Under the pieces are notes generated by a model. The model was not told where the DNA came from. It saw only the letters and a list, made by a program, of their open reading frames with translations, and ran no database searches. Shown here in pieces: positions 20,911 to 31,312 of a stretch of 64,000 nucleotides of DNA (position 1 is the stretch's first letter; every line of letters begins with the position of its first letter). The stretch is from assembly GCA_017544265.1 (NCBI GenBank), contig JAFYEM010000023.1, positions 188 through 64,187 on the forward strand, given 5' to 3'. Source of the stretch: Bacteroidales bacterium. GTDB taxonomy: Bacteria > Bacteroidota > Bacteroidia > Bacteroidales > UBA932. Made by a program: the position numbers and the translations under genes.

Positions 20911-22914
20911 ATGAAAAAATTACTGATTATCATGGCGACTATTGTTGCTGCAGCCGGCTGCAAGAATGCAGCTCCGGCTCTTGATTTGAAGAATCTTGAC
21001 AAGTCCGTAAGTCCGAAGGAGGACTTCTACGCCTATTCCACGGGCGGATGGCAGAAACGCAATCCCCTGAAGCCGGAATTTGCAAGGTTCGGGAGTTTTG
21101 ATTTTATCGCCGAAAATACCCGCGAGCAGCTTAACGAGCTCTTTTCCTCGATGACCAGGATGGAAACTGAGCCCGGAAGCGTGGAACAGAAGATTTCCGA
21201 CCTCTACAAGATGGGACTAGACTCTGCTTCCCGCAATGCGGCCGGAGCTGCTCCGATACTTGGTTATATCTCTGAAATCCAGGCTATAGACAGCAAGGAT
21301 GCCTTTATGGCGAAAGTTGCCGAGTTGCACAACAACGGTGTCGGGACTCTGTTCGGAGCCGGTGTGGAGGCTGATTTCCTTGACAGCGACAGCCAGATTC
21401 TCTTCCTCGGCCAGGGCGGCCTCGGAATGCATGACAGGGACTATTATCTCAACCCTGAGAACGCTGCCATAAAAGAGGGCTACAGAAACTATCTTGAGAA
21501 GATTTTCAATCTTTCGGGTCTTGACGCTGCGGCTCAGAGGGCAGCGAACGTGCTCGAAGTTGAAGACTCGCTTGCCGTGTGCTCCTGGACAAAAGAGCAG
21601 AACCGCAATATCCCCGCCCTGTACAATCCACGCTCCAGCGCGCAGACCGTCTCTGCATGGCCTTCGCTCCGCCTTGATTCATACTATTCCATCCGCGGAA
21701 TCGAACCTCAGGACAAGCTTATCGTGGCGCAGCCGTCGTTCTTCGACGGTCTGGACAAAATCATAGACACGACTCCTCTGGACAAGCTTATAGATTACCT
21801 TCTCGCGCAGTTTATCGGCGATGCTGCATCTGCGCTCAGCGAGGATTTCTATCTTGCCAGCTGGGATTTCTTCAGCCGTCAGATGGCGGGCACGAAAGAG
21901 CCCCAGCCGCTGTGGAAGAGGGCGATGGGCGTTCCTAACGGAATTCTCGGCGAGGCTGTCGGAAAGATGTACGTGGAGCGCTATTTCCCTGAATCTTCGA
22001 AGCAGAAGATGCTTGCGCTGGTGGAGAACCTCCGCACCGCCCTCGGAGAGCACATAGACTCGCTGGACTGGATGGGTGACGAGACCAAGGCAGCTGCGAG
22101 GGAAAAACTCGCGGCATTCACGGTGAAAATCGGCTATCCGGACAAGTGGAAGGACTACAGTACCCTTGTTGTGGATCCTGAAAAATCCTACTTCGAGAAT
22201 CTTCGCAGCGCCAGCATCTGGTACGTCCGGGACAATATGTCCAAGCTCGGCAAGCCTACCGACAAGACTGAATGGGGCATGACTCCGCAGACGGTCAACG
22301 CCTATTACAACCCCACCACCAACGAGATTTGCTTCCCCGCCGCAATACTCCAGCGTCCTTTCTTCAATCCGGATGCTGACGAGGCTGTAAACTACGGCGG
22401 CATCGGCGTCGTCATAGGCCACGAGATGTCCCACGGCTTCGACGACCAGGGCCGTCAGTTCGACGGGGCCGGCAACATGGTCAACTGGTGGACTCCCGAA
22501 GACGAGGCCCGCTTCAATGAAAAGGCCGAAAAACTTGCGGCCCAGTTCGATGAGGTGGAGATCGTCCCCGGCGTTAAAGCGAACGGCCACTTTACCCTCG
22601 GCGAGAATATCGGCGACCACGGCGGGCTTTCAATAGCATACACTGCCATGCACAACGCCATTGCGGACAACGACCCAGGCCTTATCGACGGTCTCACTCC
22701 CGACCAGAGGTTCTATCTCTCCTACGGCGCAATCTGGGCGCAGAACATTACCGACGAGGAAAAGGTGCGCCTGACCAATCTGGACGTCCATTCTCTCGCG
22801 CGCAACCGCGTGAATGTGTCCCTGCGCAACTTCCAGACCTTCTTCGACGCATTTGACATCAAGGAAGGCGACCCTATGTTCAGGCCTGAGAGCGAGCGCG
22901 TTCACATCTGGTAG
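20911..22914 (+). CDS. M13 family metalloendopeptidase (PepO/neprilysin-like), lipoprotein
   Basis: Lipobox AAGC, VNAYY, GHEMSHGFD (HExxH), GENIGD, and a C-terminal RVHIW. Confidence 0.94.
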   Translation: MKKLLIIMATIVAAAGCKNAAPALDLKNLDKSVSPKEDFYAYSTGGWQKRNPLKPEFARFGSFDFIAENTREQLNELFSSMTRMETEPGSVEQKISDLYKMGLDSASRNAAGAAPILGYISEIQAIDSKDAFMAKVAELHNNGVGTLFGAGVEADFLDSDSQILFLGQGGLGMHDRDYYLNPENAAIKEGYRNYLEKIFNLSGLDAAAQRAANVLEVEDSLAVCSWTKEQNRNIPALYNPRSSAQTVSAWPSLRLDSYYSIRGIEPQDKLIVAQPSFFDGLDKIIDTTPLDKLIDYLLAQFIGDAASALSEDFYLASWDFFSRQMAGTKEPQPLWKRAMGVPNGILGEAVGKMYVERYFPESSKQKMLALVENLRTALGEHIDSLDWMGDETKAAAREKLAAFTVKIGYPDKWKDYSTLVVDPEKSYFENLRSASIWYVRDNMSKLGKPTDKTEWGMTPQTVNAYYNPTTNEICFPAAILQRPFFNPDADEAVNYGGIGVVIGHEMSHGFDDQGRQFDGAGNMVNWWTPEDEARFNEKAEKLAAQFDEVEIVPGVKANGHFTLGENIGDHGGLSIAYTAMHNAIADNDPGLIDGLTPDQRFYLSYGAIWAQNITDEEKVRLTNLDVHSLARNRVNVSLRNFQTFFDAFDIKEGDPMFRPESERVHIW

Positions 22915-24078
22915 ATGAACGCCTCCGGCTTCATAGCTTCCAGACTCAAATTCCAGGGGAAACTTGCGGTGGCGGCAGTCGCCGTGAGTTTCCTTGTAAT
23001 TATCGTATCAATTTCCATTTCCTCCGGTTTCCGCCATACCATCCGCGACGGTGTGGCGTCCATAGCCGGGGATATCACTATTGTCCGGAATTCCTCCTCA
23101 TCCACCCTGGAAGACGATCCGATAGTGTCGGAACTTCCTTCCCGTTCCGATATAGCCGGACTCCCCGGAGTCGTGTCCATCCGTCCGGTTGTGCAGCGTC
23201 CTGCTATAATCCGCAGCGGAGGAGTAATCCACGGAGTTATGGTCAAGGGTGTAGAAGGTCGTGCGGATACCCTCTCCGGAGTGTCTATACCTTCGCGGCT
23301 GGCTTCCCTCACCGGACTTTCGGCGGGTGATGAGATGATAACATATTTCGTGGGCGAAAGGCTGAAGGTCCGCAAGTTCCGCGTTCTGGACGTCTATTCC
23401 GACAACATAGCCCCGGATGAGAACCTGATTGTCTATGCGCCCATCGAGGCCATGCGCCGCGTCCAGGGCTGGGGCCCCGACGAGGCTTCGGCCCTGGAAG
23501 TGGAACTGCATCCTTCATTCCGAATTGCCGGGGCTATGGAAGGACTCCGTCAAAGAGTCGGGGCAATCCTTGCCGGAAGTCCTCATCCCGAGGAAAACAT
23601 CCTTCTGGCAAGCAGTTCCAGAACCCGTTATCCGCAGCTTTTCGACTGGCTTTCCCTGCTGGATTTCAATGTGCTGGCAATACTGTTGCTGATGACCGCA
23701 GTGGCCGGATTCAACATGGTTTCGGGCCTTCTGATAGTGCTGCTGCGGAACATATCCACAATCGGCATACTCAAGACTCTCGGAATGACAGACAGGGCAA
23801 TAGCAAAAGTCTTTCTTAAAGTGTCCTCCGGGGTGGTGCTGAAGGGTATTCTGATCGGGGCCGGAACAGCCCTGGGACTTTGCCTGATTCAGATGTTTAC
23901 CCACGTCGTTAAGCTCAATCCGGCGAACTATTACGTCTCATTTGTGCCCGTGCACATAGACCTGCCGTTCATTCTCGTGGCGACTTTAATAGCCTATGCA
24001 GTTATAATGCTGATTTTGCTTCTTCCAACGCTCTACATTTCCAGAATCGATCCTGCTTCCACCGTCAGGAGTCTATAA
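22915..24078 (+). CDS. ABC transporter permease, LolC/LolE (lipoprotein-releasing) family
   Basis: N-terminal TM, periplasmic domain, FtsX-type IGILKTLGM motif, NPANYYVSFVP, C-terminal DPA..RS. Confidence 0.85.
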   Translation: MNASGFIASRLKFQGKLAVAAVAVSFLVIIVSISISSGFRHTIRDGVASIAGDITIVRNSSSSTLEDDPIVSELPSRSDIAGLPGVVSIRPVVQRPAIIRSGGVIHGVMVKGVEGRADTLSGVSIPSRLASLTGLSAGDEMITYFVGERLKVRKFRVLDVYSDNIAPDENLIVYAPIEAMRRVQGWGPDEASALEVELHPSFRIAGAMEGLRQRVGAILAGSPHPEENILLASSSRTRYPQLFDWLSLLDFNVLAILLLMTAVAGFNMVSGLLIVLLRNISTIGILKTLGMTDRAIAKVFLKVSSGVVLKGILIGAGTALGLCLIQMFTHVVKLNPANYYVSFVPVHIDLPFILVATLIAYAVIMLILLLPTLYISRIDPASTVRSL

Positions 24079-24154
24079 ACTAGCACTTAAGCACCTGAAT
24101 ATCTTCAATGCTCATGCCGGTAAGAGATGCGATTGTCTCAATCCCAAGATGATC

Positions 24155-24294
24155 GGATTTCCGGCAATTTTGAAGAATCTGAAAGAATTTCCGGAAGATA
24201 ATCTGGAAGGTCTGCTGAAGACTTGCAGACCTTCCTTGATTTTGCCGGAAAACCCTGGATAGTCTGCTAAATATTTGCAGACCTTCCAGGGTTT
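24155..24294. repeat. Tandem palindrome cluster between convergent genes (likely bidirectional terminator/REP-like)
   Basis: Perfect 11-bp stem ggaaggtctgc (24205-24215) / gcagaccttcc (24225-24235). Second stem 24250-24294 with the same gtctgc-N9-gcagac core. Outer tttccgg(c/a)a / ttgccggaaa arms. Confidence 0.75.
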
Positions 24295-24314
24295 AGAAGT
24301 GGAAGTATTATATC

Positions 24315-26390
24315 TTATAAGATAGCGGGGGATTGGGCTTTTTTAAATGTCATTTTGCTTCTTTCAGAAGGAACAACCTGATAGGTTGCGCGGACTTTGT
24401 GCTCAGGTTCAATCTCGACGCAGTTCTTTTTTGCATCGATACTCTTTGTGCCCTTTGCGAACTTCTTAAGGTTCTTGCTTGCAGAGGCTGCAGCGACTGC
24501 TTCATCCGGTGTCGGATAGATATCCGGATCTGCAAGAAGGATAGAGCGATACCCGGCAACTGTTGTGTACAGTTTATCTTCCTCTCCTTCTTCTTCAGCA
24601 AGCTGATATACATTGAACAAAATGCCGTCAAAGTTTATACCATAGTCGTTGCTATATTGTGGATAACCAACGAGTGCAATCAAACCTTCAGCAACATAAG
24701 CTCCGATAAGCGCGTAATTCAAGCTATAGAACGAATCTACGTTTGAAGCATAGAATTCAGGAATAAATCCAAGTCCGGCTAATTGCGGGATGGCAGACTC
24801 TTGATAGTCAGCTTTGTGAGAGTAGATTAATCCATTATATAAATCGAATACCACTGAATCGTCGTACTGATAGTATCCGCCTACGCCTAATCCGGGAAGT
24901 GAGTAGTAATCCTGACCCAAATCAGTGAATTGAGTGGAAAGTTGATACTCAACTTCGCTACCCCAGCCTTCCTTACCAAGAGCGATTGCGTAGACATCAT
25001 ATGTTTTATCTGTCAGCGCTTCAGCACTCAGCGGACCGACAAAATCAGCGGCTGAGTAGTCATCAATTGTGAGAGGATCCGGTTCGCCGACAAGGAAAGT
25101 CTCGTAGGCAATGAATTCAGGCTGGGCTTCGCCTTCAGCAAATGGAACCACAACTACAGTGTAGAAGGAGTTTGGTTCGAGAGCTATGCGGGCCTCGCCA
25201 CTGGCCTTGAGTTCAATAACTACCGGCCCGGCAGGCTCTTCACCTTCTTCTGATGCCCCGCCTTCTTCTGTTTCCTCATCACCTGAAGGAATGATTATAT
25301 CAATACCTGGTTGAGGATTCTTGCCCGGAACAAGAGCAACCTTTGCGGTTTCGACGTCCTTGCCAACAAAGTTGACATCAAACATGGCGAAGAGAGTGCC
25401 ATCAAGTTTGGAGTAAAGTCCAGTATACTCAACAGAAAGAGTGTAATCACCAAGAATGGCACCAGGAAGAGCGATACGGAATTTTCCGGCTTGATCGGCA
25501 TAATACAAACCATCATCATCCCCATAAATCATCTTCCCTTTAGGCATGGTGATTATTTTATCTTTAAGCCATCCGGTGTTTCCGGCCGTTTTTTGATCTT
25601 CAACAGTACTTCCATTTGCAATTGCATATCCGGCCAAGCTGCCTATACTCATCGATCCATATCCCCAGTCAAGAGAGTATGTAGTAATAGGAATCCAAAC
25701 GGCATCAGGATTTTCAGCGTGAACGTAGAAAAAGTTTTCCGCTTCTTTCGCAGGATCATATTTGGCGTCAGGATTATTGGCGTTATATGGAAACTTGTCA
25801 CCATAGGGGCTCTCTAATTTGTAGTAACCCTCATCGCTCATCCAAATATCCAGTTCATACTCAACTGCATCCATTTGATACATCGGGGCTACCATACTTT
25901 CGCGGAATTTCGCTTTTCCCTTGAGTTTAACCCATTCCTTTGGGGCTTCGGGACCAACAAAAACGATGCTCAGTCCATTTCCTCCGTAAGGTGTCGCACC
26001 CGCGGAAATTGCTATGTCAAGCCCGTATTTTTTAGACGGTTCAAACTTAGATGGATCCACAGGAATAACGATGTCGGCAGTTTCTGCTTCAGCATCAAAA
26101 ACAACTTCAATTTCCCCAATGCCTTCAGAATAAATGAGTTTTGTCGTATCAGTGATAGCAACTGTAGCAGTAACTGCCTCACTGGTGTTTCGACGATTAA
26201 GTTTGACAGTAATATCTTCCGACTCATCAGTCAAGGGAAAAGACTTAATCGTATTGGGATCGAAGAAGAATAATGGAGAGCTGGTATCTTCCGGCTCCGC
26301 CGGGACGTAGATGCCCTCCTTTACGGAGCAGGAATAAATCGCAGCACCGACAGTGAGGAAACTTACAATAAATATAATATATTTTTTCAT
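24315..26390 (-). CDS. Surface lipoprotein of left SusCD cassette (unknown function, Ig-like domains)
   Basis: Lipobox IYSC followed by an acidic export-signal-like stretch. Third gene of the left cassette, loosely paralogous to 37028..39211. Confidence 0.72.
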   Translation of the reverse strand: MKKYIIFIVSFLTVGAAIYSCSVKEGIYVPAEPEDTSSPLFFFDPNTIKSFPLTDESEDITVKLNRRNTSEAVTATVAITDTTKLIYSEGIGEIEVVFDAEAETADIVIPVDPSKFEPSKKYGLDIAISAGATPYGGNGLSIVFVGPEAPKEWVKLKGKAKFRESMVAPMYQMDAVEYELDIWMSDEGYYKLESPYGDKFPYNANNPDAKYDPAKEAENFFYVHAENPDAVWIPITTYSLDWGYGSMSIGSLAGYAIANGSTVEDQKTAGNTGWLKDKIITMPKGKMIYGDDDGLYYADQAGKFRIALPGAILGDYTLSVEYTGLYSKLDGTLFAMFDVNFVGKDVETAKVALVPGKNPQPGIDIIIPSGDEETEEGGASEEGEEPAGPVVIELKASGEARIALEPNSFYTVVVVPFAEGEAQPEFIAYETFLVGEPDPLTIDDYSAADFVGPLSAEALTDKTYDVYAIALGKEGWGSEVEYQLSTQFTDLGQDYYSLPGLGVGGYYQYDDSVVFDLYNGLIYSHKADYQESAIPQLAGLGFIPEFYASNVDSFYSLNYALIGAYVAEGLIALVGYPQYSNDYGINFDGILFNVYQLAEEEGEEDKLYTTVAGYRSILLADPDIYPTPDEAVAAASASKNLKKFAKGTKSIDAKKNCVEIEPEHKVRATYQVVPSERSKMTFKKAQSPAIL

Positions 26391-26407
26391 AATCTTCGAT
26401 TGTTAAA

Positions 26408-28024
26408 TTATGCATCTTCGTCTTCAACTGCTTTAGGAGAAGGAGCGGCAGGGTTGTTGTCAGCGTCGCTGAGCTTCTTGTTTGCGTTGATTTCAGTTTC
26501 AGGAATACGGTAAAGAAGAATGTCTGAACCCGCAGGAATATTAAATACTGCAGTTTTAGGGAATCCTGCACCACGGCGGTCAACATCTTTATTAAGACGC
26601 ATGATATCGAACCATGAAATACCTTCACCCCAGAATTCTATCCTTCTCTGACGGTATACCTCTTCTGCAATCTCATCACCGTCGGTTGAATCGAAAGCAT
26701 ATTCCGTATCACGGTATGTCTTAACAAAACCGGTGAGGGTTTCAAGGGCTGTCGCAGGATTGGTGTGTGCTTCGGCCTCAGCCTTAATCAGATAAAGTTC
26801 CTCAACACGGATAAGAGGGAGATCGTTAGCATTAACGGTTGTGCTGGCTTCATCCCTATAGGGAGCGAACTTGACTTGAGTGTATGGTTCATTACCAAAA
26901 TGGCTATCCATAACTTTGGCAAAATCCGCATTAAGAATATCAGAATGGCCTTCGGCATCCAACCACCATCCGTGTCGTGCATCAGAGATGGAAATCAAGC
27001 CGAACAGCTTCTTTGATATCAGGCGTCCACCTGAATACCAACCGTAACCGTAACTGAGGGATCCCATGTGGGAAGGAAAGTTGCAGATAGCAGACTCGAC
27101 AACATCATCCTTCTCATCAATGACATCTGCCCAAAGATAGGATGTCTCGTTAGCTGAATCCCAAAATAGCGGTCCTGATTTGAGTGTTGCAATCGAATAT
27201 GGGGCAAGCTTCTCTTTTTCAGCAAGAGCAAGAGCCTTGGCGGCATCTTCAGCTGCAGCTGTCCAGTTCTCGGTTGTCAGATTGAATCGGGCACGGAGAG
27301 CGTATGCGACAGCACTGTTGACATACCTTTTATCGATACGTTTATCGCCAGCAGCTTCTGCTTTTTCAAGAAAAGCAATAGCGTTGTCGATATCGGAGAA
27401 AATCTGCTCATAAACTTCTTTAACAGTGCTTCTGCCAATACCATCGTTAGCAGCCTCGAGAGCATTCTCGTCTGTTATAAGAGGAACGCATGGTGCATCC
27501 TGATGATCTGCATAATTAAACTGGAAAAGTTGAGCGAGTACCCAGTAGTCAAAAGCACGAACAGCGTATGCCTGTCCGATTAGTGACTGTACAGATACGA
27601 GAGGAGAATCCTTATCGTAGCTTTCAAGAAGTCCATTTGCTATCTTTAACTGCTTGTACATCCACATCCATATCATGTAAACCTCGTCACTGGAATAGTT
27701 GCGGCTTGAATACGTTACGGAAGCAGCAAACCAGTTATAACCAGAAGTGGAAGAAACCATATCGTAACCATTGCCGTCCAAAAGGAGCATGAGTCCGCCA
27801 TAACCGATATCGTTATGGTTACCGGAAATAGCACTCTGATATTCGTGGAACTGGAAATAGAGAGAATTGACGCCGGCGGTGGCTTTGGCGGGATCACGCT
27901 GGAGGACAGTCTCTTTCTGTTTAGTGGTGATAGTCGCACCGGAAGGTTCTGTCTCCAAAAAGTCGGAGCAACTGCTAAATACTAAAGCGGTCGCAAGGAG
28001 TGAAATGATATATCTTGTTTTCAT
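26408..28024 (-). CDS. SusD/RagB family lipoprotein (left cassette)
   Basis: Lipobox FSSC-SDFLETEP, GQAYAVRAFDYWVLAQLF, RVEELYLIKAEA, QRRIEFWGEGISWFDIMR. Confidence 0.93.
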   Translation of the reverse strand: MKTRYIISLLATALVFSSCSDFLETEPSGATITTKQKETVLQRDPAKATAGVNSLYFQFHEYQSAISGNHNDIGYGGLMLLLDGNGYDMVSSTSGYNWFAASVTYSSRNYSSDEVYMIWMWMYKQLKIANGLLESYDKDSPLVSVQSLIGQAYAVRAFDYWVLAQLFQFNYADHQDAPCVPLITDENALEAANDGIGRSTVKEVYEQIFSDIDNAIAFLEKAEAAGDKRIDKRYVNSAVAYALRARFNLTTENWTAAAEDAAKALALAEKEKLAPYSIATLKSGPLFWDSANETSYLWADVIDEKDDVVESAICNFPSHMGSLSYGYGWYSGGRLISKKLFGLISISDARHGWWLDAEGHSDILNADFAKVMDSHFGNEPYTQVKFAPYRDEASTTVNANDLPLIRVEELYLIKAEAEAHTNPATALETLTGFVKTYRDTEYAFDSTDGDEIAEEVYRQRRIEFWGEGISWFDIMRLNKDVDRRGAGFPKTAVFNIPAGSDILLYRIPETEINANKKLSDADNNPAAPSPKAVEDEDA

Positions 28025-28037
28025 ATCTCTCGGCGTT

Positions 28038-31000
28038 TTAGAAAGTTATATTAAGACCTCCTGATACGGTGCGGATAGGCGTGTATCTGGCTGTTGTTGA
28101 AGAAACATAGCTTTGGCGAGGGTCCAGGCCCTTGCGTGCAGATATAAGAGCTACATTGTCAGCTGTCACATAAATGCGGACCTTTGACAAGCCAATCTTA
28201 GAAATCCATTTCTCAGGAAGAGAATATCCGAAAGTAATATTATTCAGTGAGAGGTAATTAGAACTGGTCAAGAACCTTGTTGTAGTACCGTTGGAATACC
28301 TGTCCTCGCCGTTGATACGAGGAATATCGGTATCGGTATTCTCAGGAGTCCATGCTTTGCGGATATCTATGTGCCAGTTTTGACCCATGTAGTAGTAGTA
28401 TCCACTGTGCATCAGGCGCTGATAACCGGAGTCAAACATTTTTCCGCCGAGTTGATAGGACAGTGAAATGGATAAGTCAAATCCATACGCAGATACAGAA
28501 GTCCCAAAACCGCCGTAAACCTTAGGCATCAGGTTATCGGTGGCAATTTTGTGCTCTGAAGCTACCTGATAATCGGTGGTGGTGACGCGACTACCATCTT
28601 TGTCAGTTGTATAGAATAAAGGTGCGCCGGTCGCTTTGTCAACACCAGCCCATTCAACAAGGTAGAGTCTGTACATTGAGTAGCCTTCCTCAAGTATGGA
28701 GGTGCCGTCAATCATGCGATGACGTCCGTCTTCTACGGGAAGGTCGGGTGAAAGGCTGATAATCTTGTTATTGATGTTTGTGAAGTTGAAGAAAGCAGAC
28801 CAAACAACGTTGTTGGTGCGGATTATATCTCCTTTAAGTTCTAATTCGAGACCGTAGTTCTTCATTGAACCAATATTCATCGGAAGAGACGAATAACCAC
28901 TCACAAGAGGGGTCGGTTTGTAGTAGAGCATATTGTTAGACTGACGTCCGAAATACTCGATGGAACCTGAGAGACGGTCTTCAAATAAGGAGAAGTCTAA
29001 ACCAACATTGTAAGAGATTGATTTTTCCCATGTGAGGTCAGGATTACCCTTGAATGAAAGAACGCCGTCGGAGAAGAATCCGTTGGAACCGGAGAGTGAA
29101 TACTGGTCGAGGTAAGCATAGTTATTTCCGATCGCGTCATTGCCCTGCTGGCCGAAAGAGGCCTTAAGTTTGAGAAGGTTGACCCAGTTAACACTGTCCA
29201 TGAAACCTTCGGATGAGATCACCCACGCGGCAGATCCGTTGAGGAAGGCGCCCCAGCGGTTCTTGGGAGCGAATCTTGATGACGCATCCTCGCGGAAGCC
29301 GAAGCTCACCAGATACTTGTCGGCGAAACTATAGTTGGCCCTTGCAATGATTCCCAAAGTCGCGTATTTAGAAGCGCTGCCATAACCGTTCTTCTGGTCA
29401 ATTGCATTGCTGATATAGTATGACTGGGGGTCATAGAGATTTTGGCCCTGCGCACTCAGATTGGTGACTTTTAGCTGATAAGCATCAACACCGGCTGTAA
29501 AATCGAACTTGTGGATATTCTTGATAGCGAATTCGTAGTTTGCTATAAGCTGAAAGTCTAGGCCGCGGGTACGGGCAGAACTCTGGTATGCGGTTCCACC
29601 ATATTCTGCACTTTGGCCTATGTAAGCATTGCCGAGGTAGTTGTGACGGGTAAATTCAATGTCCATAGATGCATTGGCGTTGAGTGTGAAGCCCTTGAAT
29701 GGCTTTAACTCCGCGAAAGCAGAAAGTGCGAAAATATCCTTGCAGTATTCTTCCTTATTCCAGATGAGATCACCGACAGGATTGGCGATTTGCATGAATG
29801 TACGTTTTGAGGGAGATATTTTTCCGTCGCCGTAATCATAGACTTTTCGACCATTGTTCATCATAATATTTCCCTCTGCATCTCGGACATATACAGGATA
29901 TACCGGAGCGACAAAGTTTGCTATATAAAAAGCATTTACAGAAGACGTTGTGTTAGTCTGCTCGTCAGGATACTGGCTAAATGAGGAGCTATACGCAATG
30001 TTCCCGCCAATTTTGAGCCAATTCTTAACCTTATAGTCGGCCTTCAAACGGGCAGTCTCTCTGCGGAATCCTGAGTTAGAGATAACACCCTTGTCATCAA
30101 GGAAGCCGGCAGAAGCATAGAAACTGTAACGGTCGTTACCTGCCGTGGCGGAGACATTATATTCTTGACGAATTTTGTCCGCGAAGGTCTCCTTTGTCCA
30201 GTCATCGGGAGTGTAGTAGAAATTCCCATCACTGTAACCAAGGGTAGCTTTAGGGTTAATCTTACCATTTGCGCCAACGAGGTACTCGCCCTTTGGAACG
30301 GTAAAAATGGTGTAACCATAACCATAATCCCCACCGTTAAGGGCATATTTACTTGAAATACCTCCGTAGCTAACACCGTTGACCATTGCGGCAGCGGTGG
30401 CAGGGGAAGTACCGGCAGAAATAAGTTGATTATAAATCGCCAGGTAAGCAAGTTCTGTGTACTCGAAAGGAGAACTGAGTACGTCATAGTTCGTGACAGC
30501 TCGGCTATTGACACCAACACGTGCATCAATGTTGATTACCGCATGGCCGGCTTTACCTTTCTTGGTAGTAATGGTTACAACACCGTTCGCGCCACGGGCA
30601 CCATAGAGAGAGGTGGTAGCAGCATCTTTGGCAACCGTAATGGATTCGATGTCTTGAGCGTTGATGGAGGAAATGTCACCGTCGAAAGGGCGTCCATCCA
30701 CAACGTATAGCGGGTTGGCATCGGCATTGATGGAACCCACACCACGTACTCGGATAGTTGAACCCACGCCCGGCTGTCCGTTGTTACTGAGCACCTGAAC
30801 ACCTGCCATAGTTCCGGCCAGAGCATTGGTAACATTGGAGACCTGACGTTTTTCGATGGTCTCGGAATCCATCGAGCTCACTGAACCCGTGAACGTGCCT
30901 TTGGTGGAAGTACCATAGGCGGTAATAACGACCTCTTTCAAGAGTTTGGAGTCGGGTTCGAGGCTGATTAGGATGTCCGCCCCGGCATCCACTTCCTGAG

Positions 31001-31241
31001 ATTTCATTCCAATGAATGACACCAGAAGTTTTGCTCCGGAAGGAACATTGTTGAGGGTAAACGAACCGTCAACGTCTGAAACCGTTCCCTTGAGGTCTGT
31101 ACCCTGAACTGTAATGACTGCTCCGGCAACGGGCTCTCCGTCATCTGATGAACGAATCACGCCATGCACACGATTCTGTGCAAATGCGCTTATCGCCACT
31201 GCCAGAAAGCAGGTCAGGGTTAGCAAGATTTTTCTTGTCAT
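28038..31241 (-). CDS. SusC/RagA family TonB-dependent transporter (left cassette)
   Basis: LKEVVITAYG TonB box, PLYVVDG, KDAATTSLYGARGANGV, NPDLTWEK, C-terminal SGGLNITF. Confidence 0.96.
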   Translation of the reverse strand: MTRKILLTLTCFLAVAISAFAQNRVHGVIRSSDDGEPVAGAVITVQGTDLKGTVSDVDGSFTLNNVPSGAKLLVSFIGMKSQEVDAGADILISLEPDSKLLKEVVITAYGTSTKGTFTGSVSSMDSETIEKRQVSNVTNALAGTMAGVQVLSNNGQPGVGSTIRVRGVGSINADANPLYVVDGRPFDGDISSINAQDIESITVAKDAATTSLYGARGANGVVTITTKKGKAGHAVINIDARVGVNSRAVTNYDVLSSPFEYTELAYLAIYNQLISAGTSPATAAAMVNGVSYGGISSKYALNGGDYGYGYTIFTVPKGEYLVGANGKINPKATLGYSDGNFYYTPDDWTKETFADKIRQEYNVSATAGNDRYSFYASAGFLDDKGVISNSGFRRETARLKADYKVKNWLKIGGNIAYSSSFSQYPDEQTNTTSSVNAFYIANFVAPVYPVYVRDAEGNIMMNNGRKVYDYGDGKISPSKRTFMQIANPVGDLIWNKEEYCKDIFALSAFAELKPFKGFTLNANASMDIEFTRHNYLGNAYIGQSAEYGGTAYQSSARTRGLDFQLIANYEFAIKNIHKFDFTAGVDAYQLKVTNLSAQGQNLYDPQSYYISNAIDQKNGYGSASKYATLGIIARANYSFADKYLVSFGFREDASSRFAPKNRWGAFLNGSAAWVISSEGFMDSVNWVNLLKLKASFGQQGNDAIGNNYAYLDQYSLSGSNGFFSDGVLSFKGNPDLTWEKSISYNVGLDFSLFEDRLSGSIEYFGRQSNNMLYYKPTPLVSGYSSLPMNIGSMKNYGLELELKGDIIRTNNVVWSAFFNFTNINNKIISLSPDLPVEDGRHRMIDGTSILEEGYSMYRLYLVEWAGVDKATGAPLFYTTDKDGSRVTTTDYQVASEHKIATDNLMPKVYGGFGTSVSAYGFDLSISLSYQLGGKMFDSGYQRLMHSGYYYYMGQNWHIDIRKAWTPENTDTDIPRINGEDRYSNGTTTRFLTSSNYLSLNNITFGYSLPEKWISKIGLSKVRIYVTADNVALISARKGLDPRQSYVSSTTARYTPIRTVSGGLNITF

Positions 31242-31259
31242 AACAAAACGATTAGTTAA
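31230..31259. repeat. 30-bp perfect inverted repeat with 32166-32195 (shared 5'UTR + start codon of the two susC genes)
   Basis: ttttcttgtcataacaaaacgattagttaa is the reverse complement of ttaactaatcgttttgttatgacaagaaaa. A further 14-bp IR lies at 31266-31279 / 32151-32164. Confidence 0.95.
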
Positions 31260-31286
31260 GTTTAAAATAAATACACTACCAACCGG

Positions 31287-31312
31287 ATTAAGAAAACGTC
31301 CGTTTTCTTGTT
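31287..31312 (-). promoter_or_regulatory. Left serine-invertase crossover site (hix/gix/Mpi-like)
   Basis: attaagaaaacg-TC-cgttttcttgtt: 9-bp palindromic arms around an asymmetric dinucleotide (31299-31300). Contains AAACGTCCGT. Confidence 0.82.
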
